Of a stretch of DNA of 27,874 nt, positions 23,210 through 27,874 are shown in pieces. The stretch's first letter is position 1. Each line of letters starts with the position of its first letter. Under the pieces are notes generated by a model. The model made no database searches, was not told the origin of the DNA, and saw only the letters and a list, made by a program, of their open reading frames with translations. Made by a program: the position numbers and the translations under genes. The DNA comes from a virus (taxonomy: Duplodnaviria; Caudoviricetes): the IMG/VR virus record IMGVR_UViG_3300044708_000154, positions 1 to 27,874 of that record, one strand, 5' to 3'.

Positions 23210-24064
23210 ATGTCGATCGTCTTTGGTGGACCTGAGTACGGTCGCCCCGATCCGATTGCTTTTTCGGACACGGTCGACAACCTTCGGAACGGTCCTGGTG
23301 GCAGAGCTACAGCTATCCAGAACCGCTCCGAAGAGGCCGTTCGCATCACGGTCGCCTTCGCCGGAACGACGAATGAAACGGACACCCTGAGGGTGCTCTT
23401 CATCCCGTCTGCCGGCGTGATCCGTCAGGGCAGTGCGTGGAAGCGCGTCATGATCACCGGCTCTGCGGGCATCACCGGAACGACCCCCTACGAGACCATC
23501 CTGACCACCGGGGTTGGCCTTGCCTTCACCAACCAACCCGCTAACGATGGGGTTGAAATCGTATCGGCCTCGGCGGCCGACACCACCCAGAGCATTACGC
23601 TCTATGGCACGACCAATGGGTCGGACACTGTAGTCGCCGAGACCGTAGCTCTCAACGGCACGACAGTCGTGTCGACCGTGAAGACGGACTGGGGAGTGAT
23701 CCTCGGGTACACCCTCAGTGCCTCCTGCGCCGGGACCGTGACGGTGCGCGAGGCAAGCGGCAATGCGACCATCTCCACCATCACGACCGGACTCACCTCG
23801 AAGGGGGTGGAGACGGTCGTCCTGACCGCCGCCTACGGCGTTCCGCCGATCGTTGTAGCCAGCGGCTCAACCAGCAAGCAGATAGGCTTGATCGGCACCA
23901 ACGCTGCCGGTGCGACGATCTACGACTCGCAGGCCCTAACGGGCTCCACGGCAGCGGCCATGAACTCCAGCTTCGTCACGGTCACCAATGTCTTGACAGG
24001 AGACCTTGAGGGCACCCTTACCGTTACTGTTTCGAATTCTTCAAATCTCCTGGCTTACTGGTAG
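23210..24064 (+). CDS. Virion structural protein sharing the ~180-aa domain of the upstream gene
   Basis: Alignment by eye; AGGAGG RBS. Confidence 0.85.
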   Translation: MSIVFGGPEYGRPDPIAFSDTVDNLRNGPGGRATAIQNRSEEAVRITVAFAGTTNETDTLRVLFIPSAGVIRQGSAWKRVMITGSAGITGTTPYETILTTGVGLAFTNQPANDGVEIVSASAADTTQSITLYGTTNGSDTVVAETVALNGTTVVSTVKTDWGVILGYTLSASCAGTVTVREASGNATISTITTGLTSKGVETVVLTAAYGVPPIVVASGSTSKQIGLIGTNAAGATIYDSQALTGSTAAAMNSSFVTVTNVLTGDLEGTLTVTVSNSSNLLAYW

Positions 24065-24078
24065 GGGGGGGCAAGGGC

Positions 24079-24975
24079 ATGGCTGTCTTGGGCGGGATTA
24101 CAGAAGGTGGCGGGGCTGCCGCTGGTGGCGGAACGGGCGATGTAACTGGCCCTGTCTCGGCCACCGACAATGCCCTGGCTCGCTTCGACGGAACGACCGG
24201 TAAGATCGTGCAATCCGGGGTGGTTGTGCAGGGTGATTCCGGGGACATCTCTGGCGTCACGAAGATCGACATAGACAATGTGCAGATCGACGGGAACACC
24301 ATCTCGTCGACTGACACCAACGGCAACTTGGTCCTGGACCCCAACGGGACCGGTATGTTGAACGTGTTCGGCGCCACCTCCACCGATCTGGGGCTGACTC
24401 TTGTGGCCAGCTTCGACGGTGGTCCTGCGGTTCGCTTTGTCACGGCGACCTTCTCGGCCGGCTTCGGCCTCCTGGTGCGAGCCATCGGGCTTCCGGATGA
24501 CACGAACCCAGCCATGCTGATGAGTGGCGGCATGCTATCGCTCGGCTCGGCCGGGTCGGTCGTCTTCACCGACACGGGCAACGTGGTCACCGGCACTCGC
24601 GATGTTGGAGCGGTCAGGCTCTCTGCCGGCGTCTGGGACATCACCAACGGCAGCTCTGGCCGTGGCTGCTTGCGTACTGGCGGCTTCCGCACAAACCTGG
24701 TCACCAAGACCAACAACTACACGGTCACGGCTATCGACTGTACCGTCCTCTTTGACACCACGGGAGGCAATCTCACGGCCACGCTCCCGCCGGCTGCGAG
24801 CGTTACGGGCCAGATCTACGTGTTCAAGAACATCGGAACGGGGATCAATTCCCTGACAATCGACGGCGACGGCAGCGAGACCATCGACGGTCTGACCACC
24901 CAGACCCTGGCGCTCCTCGGAGTGCTCCAAATCCAATCAACCGGCACCGCCTGGGTCGTCATCGGCGCCCTCTAG
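24079..24975 (+). CDS. Fibre/spike-like virion protein
   Basis: GDVTGP.SATDNALARFDGTTGK, IDGNTISSTDTNGNL and C-terminal TLPPAA...ETIDG...W modules. Confidence 0.8.
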   Translation: MAVLGGITEGGGAAAGGGTGDVTGPVSATDNALARFDGTTGKIVQSGVVVQGDSGDISGVTKIDIDNVQIDGNTISSTDTNGNLVLDPNGTGMLNVFGATSTDLGLTLVASFDGGPAVRFVTATFSAGFGLLVRAIGLPDDTNPAMLMSGGMLSLGSAGSVVFTDTGNVVTGTRDVGAVRLSAGVWDITNGSSGRGCLRTGGFRTNLVTKTNNYTVTAIDCTVLFDTTGGNLTATLPPAASVTGQIYVFKNIGTGINSLTIDGDGSETIDGLTTQTLALLGVLQIQSTGTAWVVIGAL

Positions 24976-24983
24976 GAGAACCT

Positions 24984-25238
24984 ATGTCCCTTCCCGCCTT
25001 TGCCACTATCGCCGCCTCGCCTGAGGCCGTTGGTCTCTTTCTCGCGCCCACCGAGGTTGAGGGCTGGTTCCGCCTCGGCCTTCGGACCGACAGCGAAGAG
25101 AAGCAGTTCCTGACCGTGACCTTCAACGAGACCGGCATTACGGGCGTCGCCTTCAACAACGTGGTCAGCTCCGTCATCTACAGCACGTCCGACGCCCCGC
25201 CGACCCTCCCCGATGGTCACGTCGTCATCAACTCGTAG
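24984..25238 (+). CDS. Small virion-module hypothetical protein
   Basis: AGGAG RBS. Confidence 0.75.
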   Translation: MSLPAFATIAASPEAVGLFLAPTEVEGWFRLGLRTDSEEKQFLTVTFNETGITGVAFNNVVSSVIYSTSDAPPTLPDGHVVINS

Positions 25239-25246
25239 GGGACCTC

Positions 25247-25432
25247 ATGCCGGCACCGCACCACACCATCAAGGTACAGGTTAGGATCGTCCGGGAAGTC
25301 GACGGCATGGAGACGCTACTCCTGGCTGATCAGTCGACCGCCGGCCCAGAACCGGTCTCGCAAGCGGAGCTGGAGATCCTCCTGTCCGACGCTTCTTCGG
25401 CAGCCGCCGAGGAGTACGGTAACTCGATCTGA
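25247..25432 (+). CDS. Small hypothetical protein
   Basis: GGGGA RBS; TGATG coupling to the next gene. Confidence 0.7.
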   Translation: MPAPHHTIKVQVRIVREVDGMETLLLADQSTAGPEPVSQAELEILLSDASSAAAEEYGNSI

Positions 25433-25725
25433 TGGCCTACCAGCGACCCTCTCATCGCGACACGAACGGCGAACAGCCGGAGGTGTGCATGCTCTGTGGC
25501 AACGTCATCGAGCATACGCGCCTGCGTGTCGCGGAAGTGGAGGGTCTTCAGGGCGTGCGGATGTGCGATCTGCACCCATTCGAGGCGGCCACGATCTTCT
25601 ACCCGAGCCGTAACGACTACCTCCGCATGGCCCCGATTCCTGACGCTCCCGAGGCTGGTCAGCGGTTGTGGCCTATCGGTGCAGACTTCAACGACCTGGG
25701 CTGGATTGACGAGGACATCCCCTGA
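25432..25725 (+). CDS. Virion-module Zn-finger protein
   Basis: CMLCG...GVRMCDLH. Confidence 0.8.
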   Translation: MAYQRPSHRDTNGEQPEVCMLCGNVIEHTRLRVAEVEGLQGVRMCDLHPFEAATIFYPSRNDYLRMAPIPDAPEAGQRLWPIGADFNDLGWIDEDIP

Positions 25726-26153
25726 TGGCTGGACGGATCAGCATCTCCTGCTACGCCTCTCTGGATCTCCCTGGGCAGCCGACCCTTCAGATCGGGCGCA
25801 GGGCGGAGCCGTTGTCGCTGGCGATTGTGGGCACAGTCCACGAGTGGCGCGGAGTGCTTCCGACCGCTACGACCGTGACTCTGTGGGACGCTACCACCTC
25901 CCCTGCGGCCACCTTCGAGTTCATGATCGTCGAGTCGTCGGCCGACCTGCTGATCGAGATCCAAGGGACGACTGTCGCAACCAACCTGGACATCAAGGTT
26001 CGCGCCGGCTTCCGGCAGATCCTGACCACGGACGACATCATGTCCTACGCGGCCGGCGGTTCGTTCGGTGGGTCGGCGCAGGTCATTAAGAAAGTCCTAG
26101 CCCGCCAGACCTCCGGCGCCGACGCCACGGTCGATGCTCGCTTCATCCTGTGA
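25725..26153 (+). CDS. Virion structural protein, hypothetical
   Basis: TGATG coupling; beta-rich composition. Confidence 0.8.
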   Translation: MAGRISISCYASLDLPGQPTLQIGRRAEPLSLAIVGTVHEWRGVLPTATTVTLWDATTSPAATFEFMIVESSADLLIEIQGTTVATNLDIKVRAGFRQILTTDDIMSYAAGGSFGGSAQVIKKVLARQTSGADATVDARFIL

Positions 26154-26156
26154 CCT

Positions 26157-26834
26157 ATGGCAGCCCTAGCCCGCAGGAACTGGCTCGAAAACCAGACTGA
26201 GATCATTCGTCGCCTGGGCGGGATCAACTACACCGGGTTCACGACCCGCGTCCAGTACTGGCTCACGGCCAGTTATCACTACCTCGCTACGTGCTACCAC
26301 CACTTCGAGCTGGACGTCATCGACAGTTCGCTGACCCTGTCGACTACCGTGAACACTCTCGCCCTCCCGGCAGATTGCTACATCCTCATCGCCGTTCGGC
26401 TGAAGGACCCCGCTACCGGGAAGTTTCTAGCGGGCGGGGTCGGCATCGGTGACGCTGCCTCGCGTCTGGTTGAGTTCACAAACGAGATCGGTAAGCCGGA
26501 CACCTATGTTCGTTTCAAGAACACCCTCTACTTCAGCCACATCCCGGACAAGGCGTATCCGGTTGATCTGTTCTACTACAAGCTGCCGGCCAATCCGGAC
26601 TTCACCGGAACTGACGTTCCACTGACCGGGCAGGACTGCGATGAGCACCTTATCGAGGGCGCCATTCGCCTCGGGTGGCCAGCGGTCGCTCGTCCTGACC
26701 TCGGAGACCCAAATCGCCAGCTCTTCACGGAGTGGCTTGCCGAGACCCCGCGACCGTCCAACATCTCGGACCCGCTTCCGTCCTCGCGCGAGAAGCCGGC
26801 GACGAACAAGACGATGGGCGGGCCGCAGGGATGA
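26157..26834 (+). CDS. Head-tail adaptor (tail tubular protein A-like)
   Basis: LPAD...GKPDTY...LYFSHIPDKAYPV..YY..P...LIEGA. Confidence 0.75.
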   Translation: MAALARRNWLENQTEIIRRLGGINYTGFTTRVQYWLTASYHYLATCYHHFELDVIDSSLTLSTTVNTLALPADCYILIAVRLKDPATGKFLAGGVGIGDAASRLVEFTNEIGKPDTYVRFKNTLYFSHIPDKAYPVDLFYYKLPANPDFTGTDVPLTGQDCDEHLIEGAIRLGWPAVARPDLGDPNRQLFTEWLAETPRPSNISDPLPSSREKPATNKTMGGPQG

Positions 26835-27526
26835 TGACCTGGGCTCAGATTCGTCAGCTCTACCTGCAAGTGTGCGGTGACGCGGATGCCGTCAAGAAGG
26901 AAGCCTACGTTCATCTTTCCGAGGCCAACCGCCACATCGGTCTCCTGATCGACCTTCCGGAGCTGAACACCCGCGATCAGGTAACCGTACAGTCCGGTAA
27001 CGACTTCGTCTTCGTCGAGTCGCTCAGCCCGATGTTCGCGTTGCTCGACATGACCAACATCACGGACGGCGTGCCGATGTATCCCGAGGTGGGCGGCATG
27101 ACCGGCCGTCGTCGTTACCTGACGACCACCGGCAAGCCTCTCACGGGTCCAGTCACCCACTACCAGAGGGACGGCAACCGCATCTGGCTGCGGGGCACGG
27201 CGAACGTCGCTACGACCGTCGAGATCCGTCTCCAGAAGCACTTGGACGACCTCGGCGACAGTGACCTGAACGACTCTCCGATCGTTCCGCCGCAGTACCA
27301 CATGGCGGTGGTCTACGCCGCTGCGGAGAAGTACTTCCTGCTGCACCCGATGGTCGACATGGTGGGCGAGATTCCTGTCTCCCGCAGTGAGAAGTACAAG
27401 GCGGCCAAGCTGGAGGCAATCACCTCCCAGAAGGCTGCGACGGTGGAAGAGGACCGTCCGCGCCGGGAGACCATGCGGCTGTCTGGCTACCGTCTATCGG
27501 CCCGCAGTCGTCGAGGTGGTCGATGA
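26831..27526 (+). CDS. Second adaptor-like protein
   Basis: MTWAQIR...TGPVTHY...IWL...DSPIVPPQYHMAVVYAA. Confidence 0.75.
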   Translation: MMTWAQIRQLYLQVCGDADAVKKEAYVHLSEANRHIGLLIDLPELNTRDQVTVQSGNDFVFVESLSPMFALLDMTNITDGVPMYPEVGGMTGRRRYLTTTGKPLTGPVTHYQRDGNRIWLRGTANVATTVEIRLQKHLDDLGDSDLNDSPIVPPQYHMAVVYAAAEKYFLLHPMVDMVGEIPVSRSEKYKAAKLEAITSQKAATVEEDRPRRETMRLSGYRLSARSRRGGR

Positions 27527-27874
27527 GCGACGACGGGACCGTCAGCAAGTACTATCCGTCCCTGGCCCTCGGCCAGATGTCGTCTGCCGTGCCGCGCAGT
27601 CTGGACCCGGAGTCGAATGCGCCCTACATCTGGCGCGACTCGATGAACTTCATGGTCCGTAACAACCGGCTCCAGCGGCGTGGTGGGTTCTCGGCCCTGG
27701 CCTCGCAGCCGACTGCGGCCACACCAACCGGCGGCGCACTGATGAAGGGCGAACTACCGCTGATCATCATGGCGGATACGCTCGGTGCATCGGACTTCAT
27801 CGTGCTGATCACCAGCATGCAGATCCTGGTCTATCCGAACTCGACGACGGGCTGGGTGGCGGCCACTCCTCGCT
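27523..27874 (+). CDS. Putative tail nozzle/stabilisation protein, 5' part only
   Basis: ATGA overlap; MSDDGTVSKYY...N...LQRRGG; frame open to the window end; follows the adaptors. Confidence 0.65.
   Translation, partial: MSDDGTVSKYYPSLALGQMSSAVPRSLDPESNAPYIWRDSMNFMVRNNRLQRRGGFSALASQPTAATPTGGALMKGELPLIIMADTLGASDFIVLITSMQILVYPNSTTGWVAATPR

Larger units (their letters stand above)
1..27874. mobile_element. Tailed bacteriophage/prophage genome segment (podovirus-like head-tail module)
   Basis: Gene order TerS-TerL-portal-scaffold-capsid-adaptors-tail; dense small ORFs with overlapping start/stop codons; no host genes; no integrase or polymerase in the window. Confidence 0.97.

Noticed and set aside
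22565-24031. DGR template/variable repeat pair
   Set aside because: Differences are not adenine-specific, both copies are coding, and no RT is present
1-27874. CRISPR array, intein or intron in terL, or stop-codon reassignment
   Set aside because: No regularly spaced repeats; no intein termini or interrupted core genes; TAA, TAG and TGA all terminate coupled genes

Overview
The whole window looks like part of a GC-rich tailed phage or prophage, probably podovirus-like; no host housekeeping genes are recognisable. Layout: (i) 1-2690, a leftward early operon of very small genes under a strong sigma70-type promoter, punctuated by long imperfect hairpins. (ii) 2700-4750, a control region with an HNH nuclease gene, a dif-like XerC/D site, palindromes, repeated hexamers and a large structured non-coding element. 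(iii) 4750-13900, a rightward array of small genes, several leaderless and each with its own promoter. It includes tRNA-Arg(CCT), an adjacent tRNA-like structured RNA, many Zn-finger microproteins, an Acb2/Tad1-like protein, a tandem-GroES co-chaperonin and an AMP-binding-C/PriB-SSB fusion. (iv) 13895-end, the packaging and virion module: TerS, TerL, a divergent HTH gene, portal, scaffold, capsid, decoration/fibre proteins, two adaptors and a truncated tail protein. All protein calls come from motif recognition by eye and gene order, not database searches.
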